Below, piece by piece: positions 1-5,944 of a stretch of DNA of 5,944 nucleotides (position 1 is the stretch's first letter; every line of letters begins with the position of its first letter). The position numbers and the translations under genes are program-made. Below the pieces are notes generated by a model that did no database searches, had not been told where the DNA came from, and saw only the letters and a program-made list of their open reading frames with translations. The stretch lies in the IMG/VR virus record IMGVR_UViG_2585427756_000006. The stretch is one strand, 5' to 3'. Source of the stretch: a virus (Duplodnaviria; Heunggongvirae; Uroviricota; Caudoviricetes).

Positions 1-230
1 CGTAACAACTGACGCCAGACTTTACGCACACCGTATACCTTGTGATTTTCATCGTATACGCGCTGTATCTCTTTCTTCAGCCAGTCATCGCGCTGCGCAC
101 GGGCACTGCGTTTATCCGGATGATGTCGCTGTTGCTGACAGTGGTAATACGTTGACGGGGCAATATGCAGTTCGCTGCATAGCGGTCCGACCCCGTACTG
201 CTCACGCAGCTTATCCAGCAGTGGCATCAT
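1..230 (-). CDS. IS3-family transposase OrfB, N-terminal part (partial, continues beyond window start)
   Basis: Minus-strand translation from ATG at 230..228 gives [76 protein letters not shown] with no stop to the window edge; start overlaps the orfA stop in the -1 frame next to an A-run (AAAAAA), consistent with programmed frameshifting. Confidence 0.7.
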   Translation of the reverse strand, partial: MMPLLDKLREQYGVGPLCSELHIAPSTYYHCQQQRHHPDKRSARAQRDDWLKKEIQRVYDENHKVYGVRKVWRQLL

Positions 231-553
231 TTTTTCCAGAGGCGGTCGAACTCCGCCTTCGCAAAATAAGCGGAAGCCTGGCGAAGGATATCGTTACTGC
301 GGCGCAGTTCACGATTTTCACGCTCCAGCTCTTTCAGACGCTGACGTTCAGCGGTGGTGAGCCCTCCATCACCGCCCCCGGTATCCCGCTCATGCTGGCG
401 AACCCAGACACGCAGAGTCTCCGGCGTACAGCCAATCTTTGGAGCAATGGAACAAATTGTCGCCCATTGTGAGTCATATTCGCCCTGACTTTCCAGAACC
501 ATACGGACTGCCCGTTGACGGACTTCAGGGGAAAAACGAGTATTTTTAGTCAT
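227..553 (-). CDS. IS3-family transposase OrfA (helix-turn-helix / leucine-zipper DNA-binding subunit)
   Basis: 108 aa [33 protein letters not shown]...; SD GAGGTAAACAGG directly upstream of ATG 553..551; C-terminal heptad-like region [18 protein letters not shown] typical of IS3 OrfA. Confidence 0.8.
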   Translation of the reverse strand: MTKNTRFSPEVRQRAVRMVLESQGEYDSQWATICSIAPKIGCTPETLRVWVRQHERDTGGGDGGLTTAERQRLKELERENRELRRSNDILRQASAYFAKAEFDRLWKK

Positions 554-607
554 CCTGTTTACCTCTTTCTCAGGAAGTTTAGTCTCCAGGATTCCCGGGG
601 CGGTTCA

Positions 608-770
608 CTTTGTGGTAATAGGCCAGTCAACCAGCAGGATGCGTGTAAGCGAATTTGCGGAGCTATTAGAGCTTATACAGGCATTCGGTACAGAGCGTGG
701 CGTTAAGTGGTCAGACGAAGCGCGACTGGCTCTCGAATGGAAAGCGCGATGGGGAGATCGGGCTGCATGA
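608..770 (+). pseudogene. ninB: 3' remnant of a nin-region gene (probably ninB) truncated by the IS insertion
   Basis: Open frame runs from the IS boundary with no stop ([53 protein letters not shown]), ending in TGA 768..770 that overlaps the next ATG as ATGA. No upstream start remains except an internal ATG at 639. NinB assignment is from memory of the lambda NinB C-terminus and the usual ninB-methylase gene order. Confidence 0.5.
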
Positions 771-1294
771 CTATCAAATCAAATACGCCAGCACACGACA
801 AGGACTGCTGGCAAACGCCGCTTTGGCTTTTTGATGCACTGGATATTGAGTTTGGATTCTGGCTGGATTCGGCAGCGAGCGACAAAAATGCTCTGTGCGC
901 TCACTGGCTAACTGAGGACGACGACGCGCTCAATTCTGAGTGGGTAAGCCACGGTGCAATCTGGAATAACCCACCGTACAGCAATATCAGGCCGTGGGTG
1001 GAAAAAGCCGCTGAGCAGTGTATACAACAGCGACAGACGGTAGTGATGCTTGTGCCAGAGGATATGTCTGTCGGATGGTTCAGCAAGGCTCTGGAGAGTG
1101 TTGACGAAGTTCGTATTATCACTGATGGACGGATTAATTTTATCGAACCATCGACAGGGCTGGAGAAGAATGGAAACAGCAAAGGCTCCATGCTGCTGAT
1201 TTGGCGACCGTTCATCAGTCCTCGACGGATGTTTACTACCGTATCCAAAGCGGCATTGATGGCGATCGGGCAGGGCGTCAGGAGGGCTGCATGA
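767..1294 (+). CDS. Phage DNA N6-adenine methyltransferase (Dam-like orphan methylase)
   Basis: 175 aa; NPPY catalytic motif ([10 protein letters not shown]) of N6-adenine methyltransferases; conserved N-terminal WQTP..WLFD; ATG 767 overlaps upstream stop (ATGA); SD-like GGGGAGA about 10 nt upstream. The GTG at 707 listed in the ORF track is an upstream extension. Confidence 0.8.
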   Translation: MTIKSNTPAHDKDCWQTPLWLFDALDIEFGFWLDSAASDKNALCAHWLTEDDDALNSEWVSHGAIWNNPPYSNIRPWVEKAAEQCIQQRQTVVMLVPEDMSVGWFSKALESVDEVRIITDGRINFIEPSTGLEKNGNSKGSMLLIWRPFISPRRMFTTVSKAALMAIGQGVRRAA

Positions 1295-1467
1295 GACGAC
1301 AGCGACGAAGCATCACCGACATAATCTGCGAAAACTGCAAATACCTTCCAACGAAATGCTCCAGAAATAAACGCAAGCTAATCCCAAAAGAATCTGACGT
1401 AAAAACCTTCAATTACACAGCCCACCTGTGGGATATCCGGTGGCTAAGATATCGTGCGAGGAAATGA
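1291..1467 (+). CDS. ninE: NinE-family protein
   Basis: 58 aa [58 protein letters not shown], matching lambdoid NinE from memory; ATG overlaps methylase stop (ATGA); SD AGGAGGG at 1280..1286. Confidence 0.8.
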   Translation: MRRQRRSITDIICENCKYLPTKCSRNKRKLIPKESDVKTFNYTAHLWDIRWLRYRARK

Positions 1468-1469
1468 CA

Positions 1470-1811
1470 ATGGATTATTCACAGTTAAGTGATTTTGAAA
1501 TTAACAGAATGGTAGGAGACATAATTTTTAAAGGCCTTTGGGCAAGTAAACCGGAAACATCAGGGAATAACACCAACAAATGGTATTACGGAAATGCTGA
1601 TACAACTTTTGAGCCATTAAATCATTTGCCTGACTACTGCAATGATCCGAGCGCTTCATGGCCGATTATTGAGAAATACAGGATTTCTATCTTAGACCAG
1701 TTAACTGAATGGTGTGTGGATGCAAAAGGCGTAAGCCCAATATTTGATACCAGACCTCTCCGCGCCGCCATGATTGTCTTTCTCCTGATGCAGGAGGCCA
1801 ATAATGCTTAG
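1470..1811 (+). CDS. Conserved phage protein of unknown function, NinX-like (DUF2591-type) by position and recollection
   Basis: 113 aa [24 protein letters not shown]...; SD GAGGA at 1458..1462 with 7 nt spacing to ATG 1470; sits directly after ninE as NinX does in P22-like nin regions. Family name is from memory and unverified. Confidence 0.6.
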   Translation: MDYSQLSDFEINRMVGDIIFKGLWASKPETSGNNTNKWYYGNADTTFEPLNHLPDYCNDPSASWPIIEKYRISILDQLTEWCVDAKGVSPIFDTRPLRAAMIVFLLMQEANNA

Positions 1812-1998
1812 CCCATCTCAATCCCTTCAATACCTGAAAGAAAGCATAGAGCGGGCTTCAATGTGCACAGAGTGGATTCTATCTAGGTTTAGCGCATACA
1901 GAAGATTGCCGGTAAAGGGCATGCCAAGCAAGTCGATGCTGCATATGCAAAAGAATGCGCGCTGGAAGGTATGGCGAGAACACAGGTTATGTGGCTAA
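1804..1998 (+). CDS. Small ORF with NinF-like N-terminus whose 3' part reads out of frame through ybcO-derived DNA (chimeric; possibly a degenerate pseudogene)
   Basis: 64 aa [24 protein letters not shown]...; near-ideal SD AGGAGG (1792..1797) 6 nt upstream of ATG 1804, embedded in the 3' end of the preceding gene. The first ~18 residues resemble lambda NinF as I recall it; the remainder lacks the Cys-rich NinF motif. Confidence 0.4.
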   Translation: MLSPSQSLQYLKESIERASMCTEWILSRFSAYRRLPVKGMPSKSMLHMQKNARWKVWREHRLCG

Positions 1999-2021
1999 AA
2001 GAGGGGGTTATTAAGGCGTGA
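1932..2021 (+). pseudogene. ybcO: 3' remnant of ybcO-like (DUF1364 putative nuclease) gene; N-terminal coding part absent
   Basis: Frame-0 translation ...[29 protein letters not shown] matches the C-terminus of K-12 DLP12 YbcO from memory; an in-frame TAG at 1890..1892 and no start codon upstream of the homologous segment; stop TGA 2019..2021 overlaps rusA GTG. Confidence 0.5.
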
Positions 2022-2380
2022 ATACCTACAGCATCACATTACCCTGGCCTCCGAGCAATAATCGCTATTACCGCCATAATCGCGGGCGCACGCACGTCAG
2101 CGCAGAGGGGCAGGCATACCGCGATAACGTCGCCCGAATCATTAAAAACGCAATGCTGGATATCGGCCTGGCTATGCCTGTGAAAATCCGCATTGAGTGC
2201 CACATGCCGGATCGCCGTCGCCGTGACCTGGATAATCTGCAAAAAGCCGCTTTTGACGCACTCACTAAAGCAGGTTTCTGGCTGGATGATGCTCAGGTCG
2301 TTGATTACCGCGTTGTGAAGATGCCTGTTACCAAAGGTGGGAGGCTGGAACTGACCATCACCGAAATGGGGAATGAATGA
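2018..2380 (+). CDS. rusA: Holliday junction resolvase RusA
   Basis: 120 aa [38 protein letters not shown]... essentially as I recall E. coli RusA; GTG start overlapping upstream stop (GTGA); SD-like GAGGGGG at 2000..2006. Confidence 0.9.
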   Translation: MNTYSITLPWPPSNNRYYRHNRGRTHVSAEGQAYRDNVARIIKNAMLDIGLAMPVKIRIECHMPDRRRRDLDNLQKAAFDALTKAGFWLDDAQVVDYRVVKMPVTKGGRLELTITEMGNE

Positions 2381-2517
2381 TGTTTGAGTTTAATATGGCA
2401 GAACTTCTTCGCCACCGCTGGGGGCGTCTGCGCTTATATCGTTTCCCCGGTTCTGTTTTGACCGATTACCGAATACTGAAGAATTACGCCAAAACCCTGA
2501 CAGGAACAGGAGTATGA
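2377..2517 (+). CDS. ylcG: Small protein YlcG-like (46 aa, unknown function)
   Basis: ATGATG start overlapping rusA stop; translation [46 protein letters not shown]; matches DLP12 YlcG from memory and the gene order rusA-ylcG-Q. Below the 60 aa cutoff so absent from the ORF track. Confidence 0.65.
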   Translation: MMFEFNMAELLRHRWGRLRLYRFPGSVLTDYRILKNYAKTLTGTGV

Positions 2518-2602
2518 AGTCAGAGATAACAATCAACTAATACTGTTTTGTTGATTTTTGCTTGTAATTGGCGTTCTGGTCTGATTTTTGTGGAGTAAGT
2601 TG

Positions 2603-2986
2603 ATGCGTGATATTCAGATGGTTCTTGAGCGTTGGGGTGCGTGGGCGGCTAATAATCATGAAGATGTGACCTGGTCGTCCATTGCCGCCGGTTTTAAGGG
2701 ATTAATTCCTTCAAAAGTAAAATCTCGCCCGCAATGTTGTGACGATGACGCGATGATCATTTGCGGGTGCATGGCCCGTCTGAAAAAGAACAACAGCGAT
2801 TTACACGATTTATTAGTAGATTATTATGTATGTGGTATGACATTCATGTCACTGGCAAGTAAGCATTGCTGCTCGGATGGTTATATCGGGAAAAGGTTAC
2901 AGAAGGCTGAGGGCATAATTGAAGGGATGTTAATGGCATTAGATATCCGGTTAGATATGGATATCGTTGCTAATAATTCTAATTGA
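2603..2986 (+). CDS. quuD: Late-gene transcription antiterminator Q (Q82/QuuD type)
   Basis: 127 aa [34 protein letters not shown]... with Cys-rich zinc-binding region ([12 protein letters not shown]); SD GGAGT 6-7 nt upstream of ATG 2603; position immediately upstream of a terminator and the lysis genes. The TTG at 2588 in the ORF track is an upstream extension. Confidence 0.85.
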   Translation: MRDIQMVLERWGAWAANNHEDVTWSSIAAGFKGLIPSKVKSRPQCCDDDAMIICGCMARLKKNNSDLHDLLVDYYVCGMTFMSLASKHCCSDGYIGKRLQKAEGIIEGMLMALDIRLDMDIVANNSN

Positions 2987-3010
2987 TATGCAATTGTTTA
3001 CTAAAAGTTA

Positions 3011-3037
3011 TTAAAAATGGGGCGTGGAAACGCCCCC
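3011..3037 (-). terminator. Candidate intrinsic terminator oriented for the minus strand (porin transcript)
   Basis: GC-rich 6 bp stem GGGGCG/CGCCCC (3019..3024 / 3031..3036) with 6 nt loop; on the minus strand it is followed by ATTTTTAA. About 140 bp downstream of the porin stop. Confidence 0.35.
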
Positions 3038-3123
3038 AAAATAAAGGGTAATATATAACAGAAGGTTTATATAGTAAGAAGCAAGGTAGTGCTTCTAAAG
3101 GAAGTGGCTTGAGGGCTCCACTT

Positions 3124-3163
3124 ATATGTTGCGGAGGCAAAGCCTCCCGCAACATATCTTTTT
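3124..3163 (+). terminator. Strong intrinsic terminator on the plus strand; candidate tR' downstream of Q
   Basis: Roughly 15 bp near-perfect stem ATATGTTGCGGAGGC / GCCTCCCGCAACATAT (one bulge) with AAA loop, followed by CTTTTT. Lies about 140-180 nt past the Q stop and 11 bp beyond the convergent porin stop. Confidence 0.5.
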
Positions 3164-3174
3164 CGTAAGTCAGA

Positions 3175-4257
3175 TTAGAACTGATAAACCAGACCTACAG
3201 CGACGATGTCGTCGGTATCAATACCAGCTGTTTTGGTAAACTTACTATCGTCAATTAAGTTGATTTTGTAATCAACAAAAGTAGACATGTTTTTATTAAA
3301 GTAGTAAGTAGCACCGACATCGACATACTTGACTAAGTCTCGGTCACCATGAACACCAAGGTCTTTACCTTTTGACTGAAGGTAAGCAACAGATGGGCGC
3401 AGACCGAAGTCAAACTGATATTGTGCTACTGCTTCAAAGTTTTGTGCTTTGTTTGCAATATGGTTATTACCAAAAACGGTCATATTCTGAGTTTCAGAAT
3501 ATGTGGTAGCCAGATAGATATTGTTCGCATCATATTTCAGGCCTGCAGCCCATACTTCCGCATTTTTGCCGGAGGCATTGAATTTGCTCTTACCATAGGC
3601 GACCTGACCGTCAGTGCGATCTGATTTAGCATAGGTTGCACCCACGCCGAATCCTTCATACTCATAAGTAGTGGAGAAACCGAAACCATCACCATTGGCT
3701 TCAGTTACGTCAGTGCGGTCATTTTTACCCTGATACTGAGCAGCAAAGTTCAGGCCATCGACCAGACCAAAGAAGTCGTTGTTACGATAAGTTGCAACAC
3801 CAGTAGTGCGACCAGTCATGAACACATCTGTTTGGGTCCAGGTATCACCACCGAATTCTGGCAGAACGTCAGTCCACGCACCGATGTCGTATGCTACACC
3901 GTAGTTACGGCCGTAATCGATGGAGCCGTAATCACCAAATTTCAGGCCTGCAAATGCAAGACGGGTTTTGTCTTTGGAAGAACCTTGAGATTCAGCACGG
4001 TTGCCTTTGAATTCATATTCCCACTGACCGAAACCAGTCAGTTGATCGTTGATTTGGGTTTCACCTTTGAAGCCAAGACGGGCATAAGTAGTATCACCAT
4101 CATCTGCATCATTAGAGGAGAAGTAGTGCTTGGCATTAACTTTCCCGTATAGATCCAGCTTGTTACTGTCTTTATTATAAATTTCAGCTGCCTGAGCAGA
4201 CATCGCCATCAGTACTGATGCAGCTACAGCAGAAATTGCCACTGTTAATTTTTTCAT
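3175..4257 (-). CDS. nmpC: Outer membrane general porin, NmpC/Lc (OmpC/OmpD family), apparently intact
   Basis: 360 aa; signal peptide [23 protein letters not shown] followed by AEIYNKD; beta-barrel porin features and C-terminal ...VGLVYQF; SD AAGGG upstream of ATG at 4257..4255. The ORF-track start at 4317 is an N-terminal over-extension. Confidence 0.9.
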   Translation of the reverse strand: MKKLTVAISAVAASVLMAMSAQAAEIYNKDSNKLDLYGKVNAKHYFSSNDADDGDTTYARLGFKGETQINDQLTGFGQWEYEFKGNRAESQGSSKDKTRLAFAGLKFGDYGSIDYGRNYGVAYDIGAWTDVLPEFGGDTWTQTDVFMTGRTTGVATYRNNDFFGLVDGLNFAAQYQGKNDRTDVTEANGDGFGFSTTYEYEGFGVGATYAKSDRTDGQVAYGKSKFNASGKNAEVWAAGLKYDANNIYLATTYSETQNMTVFGNNHIANKAQNFEAVAQYQFDFGLRPSVAYLQSKGKDLGVHGDRDLVKYVDVGATYYFNKNMSTFVDYKINLIDDSKFTKTAGIDTDDIVAVGLVYQF

Positions 4258-4420
4258 TGTACGCCCTTTTTTTGAACTATTATTAAAAAATGATGTCACT
4301 GCGCGATAAATATTCATCTAATCAATGTGATTATTTCAAGATGTAAGTTTTAGTTTCTCATTTAATTTGTGAAGTAGATCTCTATTTTTATCTGAACCTT
4401 TTCTATCTAATCCTATTCAT
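4258..4420 (-). promoter_or_regulatory. Probable porin promoter / 5' UTR region (AT-rich)
   Basis: Minus-strand reading contains TTGAAA -35-like hexamer with plausible but weak -10 candidates 17-19 bp downstream. Exact elements not resolved by eye. Confidence 0.3.
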
Positions 4421-4683
4421 GGCTCTTGTCTGAACAAAAATAAATCTATTAGCTAATTTATATTAATGGCACTTATTTATAAGTGCTCTATAATTCTTTA
4501 GCTTAATTTAAACAAACTAAAAATAACATCGGAAATTATTAACTGATTATTTGTTGAAGTTTTCTTATGTATTTGTGGTGGTGTTTTGAACACTCGGTGG
4601 CATTCTCACAAATATCATTTAGTAGTTTACGTACGTAAAAAATTGGTTATGCTGTTAAGAGTGGTTACTTCGTCACACAGCTT

Positions 4684-4716
4684 AAACCCGCCGTCGAGCG
4701 GGTTTTTCCATTTTTT
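4684..4716 (+). terminator. Intrinsic terminator on the plus strand within the AT-rich spacer upstream of the holin gene
   Basis: Stem AAACCCGC / GCGGGTTT (4684..4691 / 4698..4705) with loop CGTCGA, followed by TTCCATTTTTT. A-run before and T-run after, so it may also work bidirectionally. Confidence 0.5.
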
Positions 4717-4845
4717 GAGTCTCGATATTAGCTGATAACCCAATACCTGAGTTATTCACTGACTCCGAATCTGTTACGTTTCTGCCTTTATTGCGATACG
4801 TAATATCCCCTTAATTTACACCCGCTTTGTCTGCGAGGTGGGGTT

Positions 4846-5061
4846 ATGAAATCCATGGATAAGTTAACAACGGGTGTCGCCTATGGCACCTCAGCAGGTA
4901 GTGCCGGTTACTGGTTTTTACCGCTGCTCGATAAAGTCACGCCCTCACAGTGGGCAGCAATAGGTGTGCTGGGTAGCCTGGTATTTGGCCTGCTGACGTA
5001 CCTGACAAACCTTTATTTCAAGATTAAAGAAGATAAGCGCAAGGCTGCGAGAGGTGAATAA
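4846..5061 (+). CDS. essD: S21-type pinholin with dual-start motif (antiholin from Met1, holin from Met4)
   Basis: 71 aa [71 protein letters not shown]; two TMDs; Met-Lys-Ser-Met dual start; SD GAGGTGGGG upstream; stop overlaps next gene (TAATG). Confidence 0.9.
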   Translation: MKSMDKLTTGVAYGTSAGSAGYWFLPLLDKVTPSQWAAIGVLGSLVFGLLTYLTNLYFKIKEDKRKAARGE

Positions 5062-5558
5062 TGCCTCCATCATTACGAAAAGCCGTTGCTGCTGCTATTG
5101 GTGGCGGAGCAATTGCTATAGCATCAGTGTTAATCACTGGCCCAAGTGGTAACGATGGTCTGGAAGGTGTCAGCTACATACCATACAAAGATATTGTTGG
5201 TGTATGGACTGTATGTCACGGGCATACAGGAAAAGACATCATGCTCGGTAAAACGTATACCAAAGCAGAATGCAAAGCCCTCCTGAATAAAGACCTTGCC
5301 ACGGTCGCCAGACAAATTAACCCGTACATCAAAGTCGATATACCGGAAACAATGCGCGGCGCTCTTTACTCATTCGTTTACAACGTGGGTGCTGGCAATT
5401 TCAGAACATCGACGCTTCTTCGCAAAATAAACCAGGGCGATATCAAAGGCGCATGTGATCAGCTACGTCGCTGGACATATGCTGGCGGTAAGCAATGGAA
5501 AGGTCTCATGACTCGTCGTGAGATTGAGCGTGAAATCTGTTTGTGGGGTCAGCAATGA
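5061..5558 (+). CDS. rrrD: SAR endolysin (R21-type, T4-lysozyme-like muramidase, GH24)
   Basis: 165 aa; N-terminal Gly/Ala-rich weakly hydrophobic SAR domain ([20 protein letters not shown]); catalytic triad spacing E35-D44-T50 ([18 protein letters not shown]); stop overlaps the Rz start (ATGA). Confidence 0.9.
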   Translation: MPPSLRKAVAAAIGGGAIAIASVLITGPSGNDGLEGVSYIPYKDIVGVWTVCHGHTGKDIMLGKTYTKAECKALLNKDLATVARQINPYIKVDIPETMRGALYSFVYNVGAGNFRTSTLLRKINQGDIKGACDQLRRWTYAGGKQWKGLMTRREIEREICLWGQQ

Positions 5559-5944
5559 ACAGAGTAACCGCGATTATCTCCGCTCTGGTTATCTGCATCA
5601 TCGTCTGCCTGTCATGGGCTGTTAATCATTACCGTGATAACGCCATTACCTACAAAGCCCAGCGCGACAAAAATGCCAGAGAACTGAAGCTGGCGAACGC
5701 GGCAATTACTGACATGCAGATGCGTCAGCGTGATGTTGCTGCGCTCGATGCAAAATACACGAAGGAGTTAGCTGATGCGAAAGCTGAAAATGATGCTCTG
5801 CGTGATGATGTTGCCGCTGGTCGTCGTCGGTTGCACATCAAAGCAGTCTGTCAGTCAGTGCGTGAAGCCACCACCGCCTCCGGCGTGGATAATGCAGCCT
5901 CCCCCCGACTGGCAGACACCGCTGAACGGGATTATTTCACCCTC
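5555..5944 (+). CDS. rzpD: Rz i-spanin (inner-membrane spanin subunit), 3' end beyond the window
   Basis: [26 protein letters not shown]... N-terminal TMD followed by a charged, coiled-coil-like periplasmic domain; open to the window edge. Confidence 0.85.
   Translation, partial: MNRVTAIISALVICIIVCLSWAVNHYRDNAITYKAQRDKNARELKLANAAITDMQMRQRDVAALDAKYTKELADAKAENDALRDDVAAGRRRLHIKAVCQSVREATTASGVDNAASPRLADTAERDYFTL
5775..5944 (+). CDS. rzoD: Rz1 o-spanin lipoprotein embedded in the +1 frame of Rz, 3' end beyond the window
   Basis: SD AAGGAG (5762..5767) 7 nt before ATG 5775; [20 protein letters not shown] lipoprotein signal with lipobox VVGC, then proline-rich mature part ([14 protein letters not shown]). 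Confidence 0.8.
   Translation, partial: MRKLKMMLCVMMLPLVVVGCTSKQSVSQCVKPPPPPAWIMQPPPDWQTPLNGIISP

Larger units (their letters stand above)
1..607 (-). mobile_element. Partial IS3-family insertion sequence (IS629/IS1203-like); left end of the element with terminal inverted repeat, the rest lies beyond the window start
   Basis: Minus strand carries orfA (108 aa) followed by an overlapping -1 frame orfB, the typical IS3-family layout. Minus-strand element end reads TGAACCGCCCCGGGAATCCTGGAG (plus 584..607), a TG-initiated terminal inverted repeat. Identity to IS629 is from memory of the OrfA sequence; boundary at 607 is +/- a few bp. Confidence 0.75.

Noticed and set aside
152-472. 106 aa plus-strand ORF
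   Set aside because: Lies antisense across the IS transposase orfA/orfB region, which has clear protein-level identity on the minus strand; no SD; typical shadow ORF.
515-706. 63 aa plus-strand ORF
   Set aside because: Starts inside the IS orfA antisense sequence and crosses the IS terminus into the ninB remnant in a different frame; a junction artefact.
703-1248. Minus-strand ORFs 703..885 and 901..1248
   Set aside because: Both are antisense to the ninB remnant and the methyltransferase gene, which has a recognisable catalytic motif on the plus strand; low-complexity Ser-rich translations.
1201-1290. Upstream extension of the ninE frame (ORF track start at 1201)
   Set aside because: This part overlaps the methylase coding sequence; the recognisable NinE protein begins at ATG 1291, which has its own SD and overlaps the methylase stop.
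1428-1469. Upstream extension of the NinX-like ORF (GTG 1428 / ATG 1464)
   Set aside because: Would overlap ninE; the SD GAGGA is positioned for ATG 1470, not for the earlier candidates.
2039-2265. Two overlapping minus-strand ORFs (67 and 65 aa)
   Set aside because: Antisense to rusA, whose plus-strand product matches a well-known protein over its full length.
2588-2602. TTG start extension of the Q gene
   Set aside because: The SD GGAGT lies inside this extension and is correctly spaced for ATG 2603; the recalled QuuD/Q82-type protein begins MRDIQ.
3421-4152. Plus-strand ORFs 3421..3624 and 3832..4152
   Set aside because: Both lie antisense inside the porin gene, which has an unambiguous signal peptide and beta-barrel sequence on the minus strand.
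4258-4317. N-terminal 20-codon extension of the porin ORF ([11 protein letters not shown]...)
   Set aside because: AT-rich, no SD; the signal peptide begins at MKKLT (ATG 4257..4255) which has an SD-like AAGGG upstream.
4567-4735. Short plus-strand frames of 22 and 27 codons in the AT-rich spacer
   Set aside because: No SD, no recognisable motif, and they run through the terminator hairpin; more likely non-coding, though a micropeptide cannot be excluded without ribosome profiling.
5130-5315. 61 aa minus-strand ORF
   Set aside because: Antisense inside the SAR endolysin gene.
1-5944. Searched for CRISPR repeats, tRNA/rRNA genes and defence-system-like gene pairs (toxin-antitoxin, restriction-modification, large ATPase or nuclease ORFs)
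   Set aside because: No direct-repeat arrays, no GC-rich cloverleaf-sized segments in intergenic DNA, and every ORF over 100 aa is accounted for by a recognisable prophage or IS function; the methylase has no adjacent endonuclease.

Overview
This window reads as a lambdoid (DLP12 / phage 21 / phage 82-like) prophage of an enterobacterium, running from the nin region to the lysis cassette. All protein identities are from reading the translations and from memory of the families; no database search was run. Left to right: a partial IS3-family insertion sequence (IS629/IS1203-like, transposase on the minus strand) ending near position 607, inserted into what looks like ninB; then a tightly coupled plus-strand gene string: phage N6-adenine methyltransferase, ninE, a NinX-like protein, a small NinF-like/ybcO chimeric scar, rusA, ylcG and a Q82-type late antiterminator. 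Downstream of Q are two convergent intrinsic terminators, an intact NmpC/Lc-type porin gene on the minus strand, a 590 bp AT-rich non-coding spacer with a plus-strand terminator, and the lysis cassette (dual-start S21-type pinholin, SAR endolysin, Rz with embedded Rz1, both running off the window end). I see no CRISPR array, tRNA or rRNA. I do not see a clearly novel multi-gene system; the least explained parts are the AT-rich spacer with its terminator (candidate sRNA) and the out-of-frame NinF-like/ybcO junction.
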